This document shows, one piece after another, positions 46,746 through 59,656 of a stretch of DNA of 64,000 nt (its first letter is position 1; every line of letters starts with the position of its first letter). The position numbers were made by a program, and so were the translations under genes. The stretch comes from Felis catus (lineage: Eukaryota): contig NC_058376.1 of the NCBI RefSeq assembly GCF_018350175.1, positions 14,260,001 to 14,324,000 of the forward strand. The letters are read 5' to 3'. The notes under the pieces are model-generated. The model was not told where the DNA came from. It saw only the letters and a program-made list of their open reading frames with translations, and made no database searches.

Positions 46746-49486
46746 AAACCTAGACAAAGTAAGATAGAAATATTCCATATTAACCAAAGGCTGCATTACA
46801 GATTTCATGGGGGAAAATACTAGGGAGGAGTCAGGAAAAGAAATATGGCATTTGCAAGGATCTTAAGTTACACTAGGAATTTTCCATGGAGGATTCTGAG
46901 AGATTTGAATCATATAGAAACTACTAACAAAAAGAGATTTCACAATAAAATGAGATTGTTTGAAACAATAAATTGAGAGTTCCCCAATACTGAAACTATT
47001 AAAAGAGAGGTTACTTGTATCTCCCTATTATATTATTATGTAATACAATAGTACAGATTATATGTCACATCAAGCAAACTTGGAAATGCGATTTTAATTT
47101 GGCACTGAACCCTTCTGAGTGTCAGTCTCTGTTAAATGACATTTTTAATTCACAATTTGATAGTTTCACCAAATGGTTTCACGGCTCACATACAGACAAC
47201 TGGAAAAGGAATGTTTTCAGCCAATAAAGCATTTTACAGTAGCGAATACTGCCTAGTCGTGTGGGAGGAGCTGGACCAAATCACATTTTGACTCAGATTC
47301 AATTGACATCTAAGCAGGAAGAGGGAAAAGAGAGAAAAAAGTATATTTGCTGTCCGTGTGATTCTCATAGAACTTTTAATGTATAATCTCATGAATCAGC
47401 AGGAGCCCCCGTACAACGACACATTACTCATCACTCTTGAAACATTCAGCTGCAGTATGGTCACACCGCCAAGTAGCAACTGACTTTACTCTTCCATAGT
47501 AAACTGTGGAACTCTGGGAATGCAGAAATTTACTTTCTCCCTATTAAATACATAGACCTATTCCCAAGGGAGGGGACTGTAACCTCAATAGATGTTTATG
47601 ATCACTGATCTTCAAAATATGCTATGAAGCTAAGCCCTGTGATGTATGGTTTGATACTACATGTTTATAAAAATATGATTTAAAATGCACCTAACAAGGT
47701 GCACTGAGGCCAATTGCATGGTAGTTTGTTTTCTGAGGGAGTTGGGTCACTTTTGAAAACTTATTATGAAAAACATTAATTAACACAGACGCACTTGAAA
47801 CCAGAGCAACATTACACAACATCTTAAAGTTTTAGTACAATAAATATATCGGTATAAGTAAATGTAGGTATTTGAAAAGCTGCTGTTATTTGGGATTCCT
47901 TGTATGTGGATCAAAGAAAGGGGGAAAGGAAAAATAGAATGTATTGAGTCTCCACTATACATCAGGATCTGTGCTATACTCTTTGTATCTCCTGTATATT
48001 TTCTACAGACATTTTGACAAAATTTTAAATACATGTAGTTATTTTTGTTCCAATTTAGAGGTTGTAAAAACTGAGGCTCACAAATCTGAGGACATTTTCC
48101 TTGGTCAAATTGTTAGCAAGTGGCTCAGCCAGAAAGGGAATCGATCTGTTTGCCATGGAAAGCTATTTCTATTACAGAGCCTCTGAAACTTGGGGGAGAC
48201 ATGTACCAGTTATCAATTTACTGCCTCTCAGCTTCAAACTCCCCCTTCAGTAGATGCTCTGTGATAACACATGGGATTCCTTTAGGCATTTTTTTTTTCT
48301 TTGCTGTGAGCATGGTATGAAGCTTTCTCAGTAGCGGGGGGTGTTGGGACATTGCAAGAGGAAGTAGTTCTGAATTTTTTGGGTGCAGCACTGGAGGGAA
48401 GGGGAGGGTGTTCAGTAGTGTGGATGTGAAGACATATGGGGAAGCTCTACTCAGTCAAGAGTTGAGGATGTGAGGGATCCTCAGTGATGCCGGAGCCTCA
48501 GACTGACAAGAATCTTTATTGGCTCCCCTCCGTATGGAAACCTGTACCTTGAAGACTTCTCATCCACGAAACCCTGTTGACCTCCTGCCCTCAAAGACAC
48601 CCAGATTCCCTCTACAGGAATTCCCCATCCTCCGTCTGCCTGTATCCCAGAGCTTCCCAGGCCCTCTACACGCCCACACTATCGGTTGCTTGTTTTTCAT
48701 CTGCGTTCCAGAAAGAGTTGTCTCCTACTTGGTCAATGACTGTGGAACTACCCTGGTCTGGCCAAACCAGTGAACTTCTCTGCTTTCTAGTGGGCTGAAC
48801 TAATCTTTTCAAGTTTTTTTTTTTTTTTAAATTTTTGAGTAGTCTGTCACATTCTTAGGGTACCATATAGAATTTCCTCATATCGTATAGCTACTCTTTT
48901 ATCATGGTTTAATAATTTTGTTTCACATTAAAATTTCTGTTTATCCTACTATGTGGTTTCTGTCTCCTGATGAGAATCAGACTGATATAGAGGTCTTTAG
49001 TTTTAGGAGTCATCTGTGTGTTTACAGTGGTCAAATCAGTGGCAGCAGATAAGATTTAATAGTGTATAAGGTGAAAAGCAAAGATGTAGGATAAAGTAAC
49101 CACAAGAAGCCCAAAACTTAGGGAAAAGCAAGGAAAGATTGTTAATGAGAGAGATGTCCTGGACCAGAAGGCCATGCATAAGGGAAATGGTGGTAAAAAA
49201 GGATATCAAATTAAAAGTAAGGATGAATAATAAATACCATGGAAAGGTCACTATTATTAATGTCATGATGCAAGGCATCCAACAAAAGCAGTACAGGTAA
49301 ATATCATTATTAAAATATTGTTTGTCAGAGAATACAGGTGAGAATAAAATAAAAAAATATTGCAGAGCCTGGAAGAATTAATTATTGAGTGGCTACATTT
49401 TAGTGGGAAGTTTGGATAGATAGTACAAAGATGGGAGCAGTGGGAGAAAATTTATGAACAGACTTATGTTTAAGAACTAGACTGTA

Positions 49487-49680
49487 GGGGTGTCTGGGTG
49501 GCTCAGACGGTTGTGTCTGACTCTTGATTTTAGCTCAGGTCATGATCTCACAGTTTGTGAGATCAAGCCCTGTGTTGGACTCCTCACTAATAGTGCAGAG
49601 CCTGCTTGAGATTCTCTCTCTCCCTCTCTCTTTGCCTCTTCCCTGCTGTCTGTTTCTTTCTCTCAAAATAAATACTTTTT
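49487..49680 (+). mobile_element. CanSINE
   Basis: tRNA-derived head, (CT)n, AAAATAAATA tail. Confidence 0.85.
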
Positions 49681-49814
49681 TTTTTAAAGAAATGGACTTT
49701 AACAAAGAAGTTGTTGAACCAAGGCATTTTTCTTGCTCTAAATTGAAACCCTTGGAAAAGTTTGCTCTCTGTTTAAATAATAAATATTAAATAATGTACT
49801 CATCTGGATTTTAA

Positions 49815-49889
49815 CCACCACCACCACCACCACCACAACAACAAAAGAACAAACAACAACAACAACAAAATACAAAAAAAAAAAAAAAA
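49815..49889. repeat. Compound (CCA)n/(CAA)n/(A)n simple repeat
   Basis: Direct reading. Confidence 0.9.
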
Positions 49890-50492
49890 GGAAGAGAACG
49901 TAATAACCTGACTGGAAAAGGTTGGGATAGACTTGCACTCCTCCAGAGAGAATAAGAATGTTTCCAGGCGAGGCTATAATGTGTTGAAATATTTAATTGC
50001 TTGTGCAAAATCCATGAGAAGTGCTTCAGAGTGATTATGATGGAAAAAACAAAATACTAAGAAAGGGTAAAAAAGACACCAAGATGCTACAATGATGATT
50101 ATGGTGATGAAGATGATGATGATGATGGTACAGAGGATATTAATAGTAGTGAGTAGAACTTTGTGTTTTGTGGATGATTTCTGAGGTATTGAAAGAACAA
50201 CAACAAAAAAACCCCAACCAAACTTATATTTATAGGTCAAACATATTTTGGTGATGTGATATGTCATGGTCATGAAATGCAATTATGGAAGTGAAAATTA
50301 TGGTCTTATATGTTTGGGTGCTTAGGAAATGTATCTTTATTTGGTTTTAAAGCCTTAGAAAATTCCTAGTTTAGCAAGTAAATTAGGGCATTTAAATAAA
50401 CTTGTTGTACACAGGTGAGCTAATATTAGGCAAATAGTTGTAAAATGAGAGAGCAGAGCCCATGTGAGGTATGAGCCATACATCGCTGGGAG

Positions 50493-50500
50493 TATATAAA
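50493..50500 (+). promoter_or_regulatory. TATA box, 115-aa gene
   Basis: AGTATATAAAGGT, 85 bp upstream of ATG. Confidence 0.85.
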
Positions 50501-50577
50501 GGTCCTGGAAGAGGAGATGGTATCCAGACTTCAGAATATCCTCCTACATCTCAACTGAGAACTCACCTCCCAACACC

Positions 50578-50925
50578 ATGTGTTGTAACTACTACGGAAA
50601 CTCCTGTGGCGGCTGTGGCTCTGGCTGTGGCTGTGGATATGGATGTGGCTATGGCTCCCGCTATGGCTGCGGCTATGGCTCTGGCTGTGGCTCTGGCTGT
50701 GGCTCTGGCTGTGGCTACGGCTGTGGCTCTGGCTGTGGCTCTGGCTGTGGCTATGGCTCTGGCCGTGGATATGGTTCTAAAGGCGGATATGGCTGTGGAT
50801 ACAGCTCCCGCTATGGCTGTGGATATGGCTGTGGCTCTGGCTCTGGCTGTGGATATGGCTCCAAAGGCGGATATGGCTGTGGGTTCAGCTCCCGCTATGG
50901 CTGCGGCTATGGCTGTGGCTACTAA
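50578..50925 (+). CDS. KRTAP21: KRTAP21-like HGT-KAP (115 aa), lacking the conserved C-terminal motif
   Basis: MCCNYYGNSCGGCG...GYGCGY*; ACCATG context, TATA 50493, AATAAA 51262; decayed PFCYRR tail follows the TAA. Confidence 0.75.
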   Translation: MCCNYYGNSCGGCGSGCGCGYGCGYGSRYGCGYGSGCGSGCGSGCGYGCGSGCGSGCGYGSGRGYGSKGGYGCGYSSRYGCGYGCGSGSGCGYGSKGGYGCGFSSRYGCGYGCGY

Positions 50926-51261
50926 CCATTTTGCCTACAGAAGATGATATTCCTTGTACTGCCCCTTTGAAACGATCGCTACAAGTCCAAGTCCAATTGC
51001 AATCTCCCCATCCATGAACTTCATCGCAAAGTAAAGAATTATTATTGTCTGTCAAGAACCTGCCTACACGTCGAAGAAGCTCTTTGCAGTTGATGGAGAC
51101 CAAGTAGTTTCATCACATCACTGAAGAGAGAAGATCTTATTCTGATCACTTTTCAATCGTAAATTCTTATATATTTGTCTCTGTACTGTGGCTATTTGTA
51201 CAAGCACAGGAGGATTATCCAACTGGAGTATACTAAAATGGAGCAAAAATAGCAATTTCTT

Positions 51262-51267
51262 AATAAA
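51262..51267 (+). terminator. Poly(A) signal, 115-aa gene
   Basis: AATAAA ~340 bp after the stop. Confidence 0.65.
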
Positions 51268-51386
51268 ATATCTTATCTACTGAGAAGTCTGGTTTTCTTT
51301 ATATCACAGCCATCATTGGTTTCAAGGTTTGTGTCCTCCTAGAAATATGAGTGACCACAACTTTGGATAAGTGTGTTTATTGATTG

Positions 51387-51586
51387 GAGCACCTGGGTGG
51401 CTCAGTGGGTTGAGTATCTGACTTTTGATGTCAGCTCAGGTCGCGATCTCATGATTCATTGGATGGAGCCCTGAGTCAGGCTCTGCACTGACAGCATGGA
51501 GCCTGCATGGTATTTCCTCTCTCCCGCTCTCTCTACCCCTCCCCTGCTTGCAATCTCTTACTTTCAAAATAAATAAACTTAAAAAA
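51387..51586 (+). mobile_element. CanSINE (first of a tandem pair)
   Basis: Consensus head and tail. Confidence 0.88.
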
Positions 51587-51595
51587 TTCCCCCAA

Positions 51596-51818
51596 GGGGC
51601 TCCTGGGTGGCTGAGTCAGTTAAGCGTCCGACTTCAGCTCAGGTCATGATGTCACAGTCTGTGGGTTCGAGCCCTGCATCGGGCTCTGTGCTGACAGCTC
51701 AGAGCCTGGAGCCTGCTTCTGATTCTGTGTCTCCCTCTCTCTCTGCCCCTCCCCAGCTTGTGCTCTGTCTCTTACTCTTTCAAAAAAAAAAAAAAAACAT
51801 TAAAAAAATTTAAAAAAA
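51596..51818 (+). mobile_element. CanSINE (second of a tandem pair)
   Basis: Consensus head, (CT)n, poly(A). Confidence 0.9.
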
Positions 51819-52042
51819 GACTTTTTTTGGGGGGGGGAAGAGGAACACTTCCCAGATAAAAAAACGTTTGCTTACACCTCCACGGACCATTACTGTGTCA
51901 TGTGGCCACTCTCAGCTGAAGGTGGGTAAGGAAAAAGAAATTGTTGACAGAGGTTCTGCCTGTCAGCCAACAGTGTGTGCCAAAACCCCATAGGTCTTGA
52001 ATATCAGTGGAAAAGGACAAAAGACAGGGAAAGCAAAAAGTC

Positions 52043-53482
52043 AGATAAATGGATATTTGTGTTTATAGTGATTTGAGTTTGCGCAGGGGCACAATGAAAG
52101 CTTGTCTTCGAGTTATAACGGGTTCAATTTATACTCCTCTGTTTATATCATGTTATTTGTCCACACCGGGCTCTTTTCTTTCCTTCTTGTTTTTTTAAAC
52201 CTATTTATTCTCTGTTATTTTTCTTTTATTTTCACTCTCAATCTCATCCCTCATTAGCTGCCAGCTTGTATTTTATATGCAACCATTTCATTTTATATTA
52301 TATATTTTAAGTTTATATAAATGACATATCCATTTCGTTTCGTTTCGTTTCGTTTCGTTTCCTTTCCTTTCCTTTCCTTTTTCCTTTCCTTTCCTTTTCT
52401 TTTTCCTTTCCTTTCCTTTTCCTTCACTCAGCATGATTTGTGTTGACAGATCCATCTATACTATTGTGTGTACATTTAGAATGTTATTTCTATTGCTGCA
52501 TGGTACTCTGTGTACCATGTATATACAAGATCTACGTAATGCACGTACAAGATTTTTCTCATTCAATATCTCGGTGATTCACACAACTGCCCTCAGGTCC
52601 CCTTTATCATAACATGGCTTCAGTAAACACGTGTTCCTTTGTGGGATTTTATGAGAATCAACCCAGGATCTGAATTGCTGGGGCAGGTATGTGTATGGCT
52701 AGGTTACTTTTTAAAAAATTTGAGTAGAGTCGACACACAATGTTTATTACTTTCAGGGATACAGCTTAGTGATTTGACACGTTTAAACATTATGCTTTGT
52801 TCACCACAAATGTAGCTACCATCTGTCCCATTACATTGCTATCACAATATGATTGACTGTGTTCCTTATGCTGTGCCTTTTATTCCTAGGACTTACTCAT
52901 TCCGTAACTGGAGGCCTATATCTCTCTTTCGTCTTCACCCATTTTGCCCAACCCCTCTGGCAACCATCAGTTTGTTCTCCATATTGATAGCTCTGATCCT
53001 TCTTCTTTTTGTTTATTCATTTTTTAGATTCCATTTATGAGTGGAATCACGTATTTGTCTTTCTCAGTCTGACTTATTTCACCGAGCGCCATACCCTCGA
53101 GATCCACCCGTGTTGTCTCAAATGGCACAATCTGAGGAAAGGAAAAGAAAGGAAAGGAAAAAGAAAAGGCAAAAGGAAAAGAAAGGAAAAAGAAAAAGTT
53201 GTGTCATTTGTATAAATTTAAAATGTATTATATAAAATGAAATGGTTGCCCATAAAATACAGGCTGGCAGCAAATGAGGGATGAGAGTGAGAATGAAAAT
53301 AAAAGAAAAATAACAGAGAATAAATAGGTTTAAAAAACAGAAAGAAAGAAAAGAGCCCAGTGTGGACACATAACATGTTATAAACAGAGGAGTATAAACT
53401 TAACCCTCTATAACTAGAAGACAAACTTTTGTTGTGCCCTGTCCAAACTCAAATTGCTATAAACACAAATACCCATTTATCT
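52043..53482. repeat. Inverted repeat: arms 52043-52431 and 53132-53482, ~700 bp spacer
   Basis: e.g. TTTAAACCTATTTATTCTCTGTTATTTTTCTTTTATTTTCA vs TGAAAATAAAAGAAAAATAACAGAGAATAAATAGGTTTAAA; (TTTCC)n mirrored by (GGAAA)n. Confidence 0.92.
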
Positions 53483-54260
53483 ATTTCTATCTACCTCTAT
53501 CTATCATCTATCTATCTAAAATGGATTCCACATTTTCCTTATCCATTTGTCTATTAATGGATACTTCTATGTCTTGGCCATTATAAATAATGCTACAATA
53601 AGCAAGGGGTGCATATATCTTTACTAGTTAGTGTTTTCATTTTTGGGGGTAAATACCCAATAGTGGAGTGATTGGTCATATGGTACTTCTATTTTTACTT
53701 TTTTGAGGAACCTCCATGCCATTTTCCGCAGTGGCTGTACCAATTTACATTTCCACCACTGGTACATGAGGGTTCCTTTTTCTGCATATCCTTGCCGACA
53801 TCTGTCANNNNNNNNNNNNNNNNNNNNNNNNNNNNNNNNNNNNNNNNNNNNNNNNNNNNNNNNNNNNNNNNNNNNNNNNNNNNNNNNNNNNNNNNNNNNN
53901 NNNNNNNNNNNNNNNNNNNNNNNNNNNNNNNNNNNNNNNNNNNNNNNNNNNNNNNNNNNNNNNNNNNNNNNNNNNNNCTTTTTTTTAAAATTTCTTTTAT
54001 TTTTATTTTTTGGCATTTGCTTAGTTTTATTTTATTTTCATTTTTTTAGTATGAAACTTATTATCAAATTGGTTTTCATACAACATCCAGTGCTACACAC
54101 TTTTTAATCAGACTTTTTTGTTGTTGTTTTTGTTGAGTTGTAGTGTTCTTTATGTATTTTGGATATCAACCCCTTACTGGGTATATTATTTGCAGGTATC
54201 TTCTTCCATTCAGAGGGTTGCTTTTGTTTTGTGGACAGTTGCCTTTGCAGTGAAAAAACC
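52714..54260 (-). mobile_element. 5'-truncated L1 (3'UTR + ORF2 C-terminus) with internal insertions
   Basis: L1 3' end sequence and ORF2 tail (WWKCKLVQPLRKMAWRFLKK); 13-bp TSD AGGTTACTTTTTA at 52701-52713 and 54261-54273. A short second carnivore L1 3' end probably lies at ~53978-54093. Confidence 0.85.
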
Positions 54261-55064
54261 AGGTTACTTTTTAGAATGTCCACACCAGTTCAAAACCCTA
54301 AAATTATAGTTTTTATGTTTTCAAATCTATGCTAAAACTTGGTATTATCTAACCTTCTAATGTTTACTTATTTGATAAATGAAAGTGATATCATCTTGTT
54401 TTAATTTATATTTCTTTGATTACTAAAAACTTTGAATATTTTGTAATACTTCAAATATGTGTCAAACTTTGTTTGTTTCTTCCATATCCTTTGCCCATTT
54501 TTTTCCAATGGGGTTTCTGTCTTTTTCTTCTTGATTTGTTGGAGTTCGTTGCCTATTCTAAAGTGTCATTTGTCTTTGTTCATAGTGTGCATAACTGAAC
54601 ACAAATTTTTAACTCTATGGTTTGTGATTTCGAAGCTTTATTTAAGAAGACCTATTTTACCTTTATGTCAAAGATGTTCCACATTTTATTACTTTCAAGT
54701 TTTGCATTTTCCTTTTAGATAATTAATTCACATGGAGTCTATCTTTATATGTTGTGCTTCAGCTTTATTTTTCACTGTGTTGAGCCATTTTCTCCAATAT
54801 CACCTGTTAAACAGTCCATCCTTTGTCAATGATTGGTGGTACATCTTTATTGTATATTGTTTTTATGTGTAAGAGTCTGTCTGTGACTCTCTATCATGTT
54901 CTCTCTTCACTTATATCTTTCTGTATATTTCAGAAGCCTTTTTATCTTAATGGCAGAAAATTAGGTTTATTGTACATGTTTCTACTAAAGAGAAGTAGAG
55001 CCAATGGGTAGAATTTAAAGACAAATAGACCTCACAAGAAATGTTTTTAATGGCTAGAGGAATG

Positions 55065-55106
55065 TTTTTTTTAAGTTTATTTATTTATTTTGAGGGAGGG
55101 GAGGGG

Positions 55107-55155
<49 letters not shown>

Positions 55156-55267
55156 TCCCAAGCAGGCTCCACACTGTCAGCATAGAGCCCAATGTGGGGC
55201 TTGAACTCATGACCCCAGCCAAAACCAAGAGTCGCACGCTCAACCAACTGAGCCACCTAGGTACCCT
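55065..55267 (-). mobile_element. CanSINE with (GA)n expansion
   Basis: Consensus body, long (GA)n at ~55111-55152. Confidence 0.88.
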
Positions 55268-56640
55268 GTAATTGGTAGACTTATAGGCATCCCTACCCAG
55301 AAGTTGTTCAAGAGTTTGGATCTCCTCTTATTGCAGAAGTGAGCAAAGCTGTGCATTCAGAACATGAGATTAATTAATTGATTCATTCCATTCACTTCTA
55401 CTTTGAAATTTAGTGATTCTATAAGTAAAGAATAAATTAAAGTGAGGTTCAGGCAGCCTGAATGAGGATGATATGGTCAGGAAAGCCAGAAAAAAATAAT
55501 GCCCCACTCTGTAGCAGAAACAGGAAGAAGAGTTTTGATTTGACGTACACTTTGAAGCCTTCACTTTGAGTCAGTATTTCCAGATTTCTGTGAATTTGTA
55601 CAGATGATCCCCAGAGCAGGGAAAAGAGAGACACCAGATTCAGTAAAGCATTTGCAAAAGAATTCATGACGGTGGTCAGGGATTAATATGATGATGAATA
55701 GTCTAGTTCTTGAAGGGATATCGAGATCTACTCATTGTGGATTGCTGAGAGATTATGAGATATGATGTGGGTCACAACAGTTCAGTTGCCTTGAGAAGCA
55801 GACATCATTACTGTAACTATTCAAAGACAGATGAACTGATCATCTGCGAGCAGTAAGTATGCAGAATGACATAGCACTTTGTTACTTATTAGCTTTGTTA
55901 CTTTGGTCTAGTAATGTAATTTCTCCTTAAAAATCAATTTCTTTGTATGAAAATGTGGATAAAATATGTTCCCAATATTGTGGGGTGATTCAGACTTAAT
56001 ATTTTCAAAGGCAATTCGTGCAACATAAACCATTATAAAATACTTGTTAGAATGAATTTCTTTGCTCTATGGGAAGTTGCAAAGAGAAAGCAGTAATCAA
56101 ATCTTTAAAAGATTAATTGATACATTTATTCACACAACCCTCTGAGACATATTCCATAATTAGTGATAGATATTTTATAATTAACATTTTTATTCACTTA
56201 ACTCTCCAGTTGCAAGATTTTAAATTCTGAATATATTAAAAAACAGTCACAGTCTCAACATAACCTGTTTTCCTATGATGTTAATGTTTTTGGTGATACC
56301 AAAATTGAAATAAGGATCTCAATTGTTTTACATATTGAAACCATAAAATGTTTTCAAGCCAGAAGTTTTATAGGTATAAGTGTTGGCTTTCATAATTACT
56401 GAATTGAATATATGTTACCCATGTTTATTGAATTAATATAGTATTCTGAGAAACAATTTGTTGTATAATGCTTCAATCACAGTATAGTTGGTTTTGCATT
56501 AGGATAATCAATTTTCTCAGGATTTGGTTGTATGTGTTTTCTTCATTAAAGTTCAATTAATAGAGATTGAACAAATACATGGGGTACATACTATCAGACA
56601 TGTATTCACTTGACGATCAATTAGCTTAAGAACATTTCTG

Positions 56641-56838
56641 GGGTGCTTGAGTGGCTCAGTTGTTTGAACGTCTGACTCTTGATTTTGGCTCAGGTCATGA
56701 TCCCAGGGTCATGGGATTGAGCCCCATGTAGGGCTTCAGGCTGAGTGTGGAGCCTGCTTACAATTCTCTCTTTCTCTTCCTTTGCCCTCGTCCTTGCTCA
56801 TGCTCTCTCTCCCTTAAGAAAAAACAAACAACAAAAAA
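56641..56838 (+). mobile_element. CanSINE (older subfamily)
   Basis: Head GGGTGCTTGAGTGGCTCAGT; TSD ACATTTCT. Confidence 0.85.
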
Positions 56839-57879
56839 GACATTTCTTAAGGTTATAAATGGTGGAGCCAGGATTCCAATCTGGGTGTCCCTGATTTCAA
56901 AAGGTTTTCCACATTATATAGATTTGTGAATTAACCTGGAGATGAGTAATATAATCCAGTTCTTAAAAGAGGCAAAAGCTGGTGGCCATCAAAACTTGAT
57001 TCCATCTCAGGTATAGGAAGTAGAATGTATTCCATAATGAGAAGATAGGATGATACTTAGTGACTGTTTCTGTAGGTGACATGACCATACATAAGGGGAA
57101 TATAAAGCACCCAGAAAGATTTTGTATTAATAAAAAATGTTACACTTTAACATATTTAGCTTCAATTTTGAATTAAAATTTTCTAGGAAGACAAGTTCTG
57201 AAAACAGAACAACCAATTTTTGGAAAATGATTTTTTTTTTCTTTTTTTGCAATCTTGCGATGGGGGAAAGGGAAGTGATCATAACTAAGGGGAAAAAGGG
57301 CTCTAAAATAGAAAAACACATGTTTCTTAAATATTGGCAATTTAAACATTGTGGCAAAGGCTGACAAACAAGGATTTGAAAATGTCAGAAAATTACTACT
57401 TGGGGTCTTTTGAAGACATGAGAATGAGCACTAGTAGTCAGAAAGTTATATTCACTCTAAGAGATGAAATGCAACAGGGATTTAAAACAATATAATTAGA
57501 CATTAAAACACAATTGCATATTTTATCATGAAAAGTTGTCATTGAGGACATGCTGTGAGATGAGTATATTTCTGCGGTGGAAATGCAGAATTTTTTTTGC
57601 AATTCGTATTATGTGGCAAACAAAGTGCAGATACCCTTGATCAAAGCACAGAGGTTTTTAAGAGCATGGGGCTGTTTTCTGGAAATTTTCATATCCCACC
57701 CTTTCTCAAGAGCCAGATAGTTCAAATGACATAGAAGCTATGGGTATTATTGGTGCTGATTGTATACTTAAACAAGATAAAGTCTTTGAAATAATCAAAT
57801 AATTCTTACCAAAAAATACTTGAAATAAAATGCCAACTAGGAAAACCATTTAAATATAGTAAGGCAATTTAACAACAGC

Positions 57880-59137
57880 AATGAAAAGTATTTTATCTAC
57901 AGCAGCCAAATAATAAAACAATTTCAGTTAAAATGAGGGAGTAGACAGAGTTGGCAGCTATCATGATCCTCATCAGGTATAGAAAAAGAAGGAAATAACA
58001 GGCAAAAACATTGGGGAAAGATGATCTTTTTGATGATTATATTCTTGTGTACAGATTAAACACAAGATACTAAAGTCAAAAAGTATGAAAATTAATCTGA
58101 ATTTTGTGAAATATATGGACACTGAAAAATACACTGAAAACAATTTTCTAATTGACTAGATTTATAAAACGGTGAAAATAATTTTTATAATATAGCATAA
58201 CTATAAAATTCTCAGAAAAAAATAAGAAAGATGAAAAATCCTATTTGCAGGACACTATAATAGAATATCTTATTAAAGAAAAGAGTCTGAAAAAATGTAA
58301 ATGTAGATTTCAACTTCAATGGGAAGACATCATAAAATGTAAATCTTCCAAATTAATATTTAAGTTAAGATGTCTAGTGGATTCTGCATTGAATACGATT
58401 ATTCTAAATGTACATAAAATATATCCCTAATACTTAACAAGAAAAAAATTAAAAAGAATAGATTTTGGTTTAAGAATAGGAAATAGAAGAAAGAGACATA
58501 ATAAGGAATTTAGAAATAAAAAGTACATTTTAATATGTAATATGTGATAAAGTTTATCGTACAAAACAGTAAAAAAATATTTAACAGTAGAGCCCATACA
58601 ACAGGCTATCCATCTAGAAAACAATAAATGTGCATCTTCAATTACAGTTACACTACCTAAAAAATATTCTGCAAGGACTAAAGACTAAACACAAAAATAA
58701 CAAAACACAACAAAGCCCTGCAAAATAGAAAATCAAAGAGAATACATATATCATTTTTAGAAAATGGATACCTTTGCCAAGAGCAGACAGCTAGAAGCTG
58801 TGAACAAAAAGATAGATGAGCAAAACGGAAGATAACAGATGAATGTTAATGTCTTAATATTATTCAAAAAGCCTACAAACCCAATAGAAAATTAGGCAGA
58901 GGAAATGAGTAGACATTGCATGTAGGGGAAATATAAATGTCTAAATGTATTAACAGGTATTCACATTCCATCATAGCCAGAAGATTTAAAAATCAGACTA
59001 CCAAAATACTATTTTTATCAGGTAGATAACAAAATGTATTTATTTTAATTAAGACTTAATTTTTTTAAGGAAAGTTGTAGAATCCATAATAAAATTGATG
59101 GAAAGGGACAGAGATTTCCCATTTACCCACTGCCCTT
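57880..59137. mobile_element. Old L1M fragments (A-rich plus strand to ~59030; minus-strand 3' end ~59035-59137)
   Basis: Degenerate ORF2-like text (CTTTTTGATGATTATATT; AAACCCAATAGAAAATTAGGCAGAGGAAATGAGTAGACATT) and ACAGAGATTTCCCATTTACCC. Confidence 0.5.
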
Positions 59138-59250
59138 GAGGAATACAAATAAAGTTTCTACACCTGTTGCTGGAAGGGGGTGGGGTGGGGAATGAATGCA
59201 TTCATGCTTCCACCCCTGGGCTCCTGTTAAGACTGTGGGAAGGAGCCTGC

Positions 59251-59328
59251 TCTTGCTGTGTCTACAGGTCTGGTTGCTATGACTACAGACCAACCAGTGA
59301 CCAAAGGTGCCATTTATCTTTCTCCTAT
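59251..59328 (+). pseudogene. Degenerate KRTAP21-like 3' coding relic
   Basis: SCCVYRSGCYDYRPTSDQRCHLSFSY; the last 20 codons align without gaps to [19 protein letters not shown], with TAT at the TAG position. Confidence 0.5.
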
Positions 59329-59656
59329 ATTGTGACTTTCAACACACTTTGTATATGTTGACATGATCTTCTAAGATACACTTTCTTTCCTTGGCCTCGT
59401 ATTTAAATGCTTTTCCTCTCAATACAAGTTTGCAAGTCACTTCTAAATATTTTGATGTTAAGTACTTGCTTATCAACAAAAAGATTTCAGTTCTTAGAGT
59501 CCATATTTCATTTTTAGAAGACATAAAAATTCATACATTCAGGAAAAAAATTCTCGTATTTGTTGATTCTGCTGTGTCATTGTGATCTCGAGTATATTCT
59601 AGGAACAGAAGCTTAGCATGAGTTTCTTAAACCAGCTTTCTTTGCCATAGGAAGTC

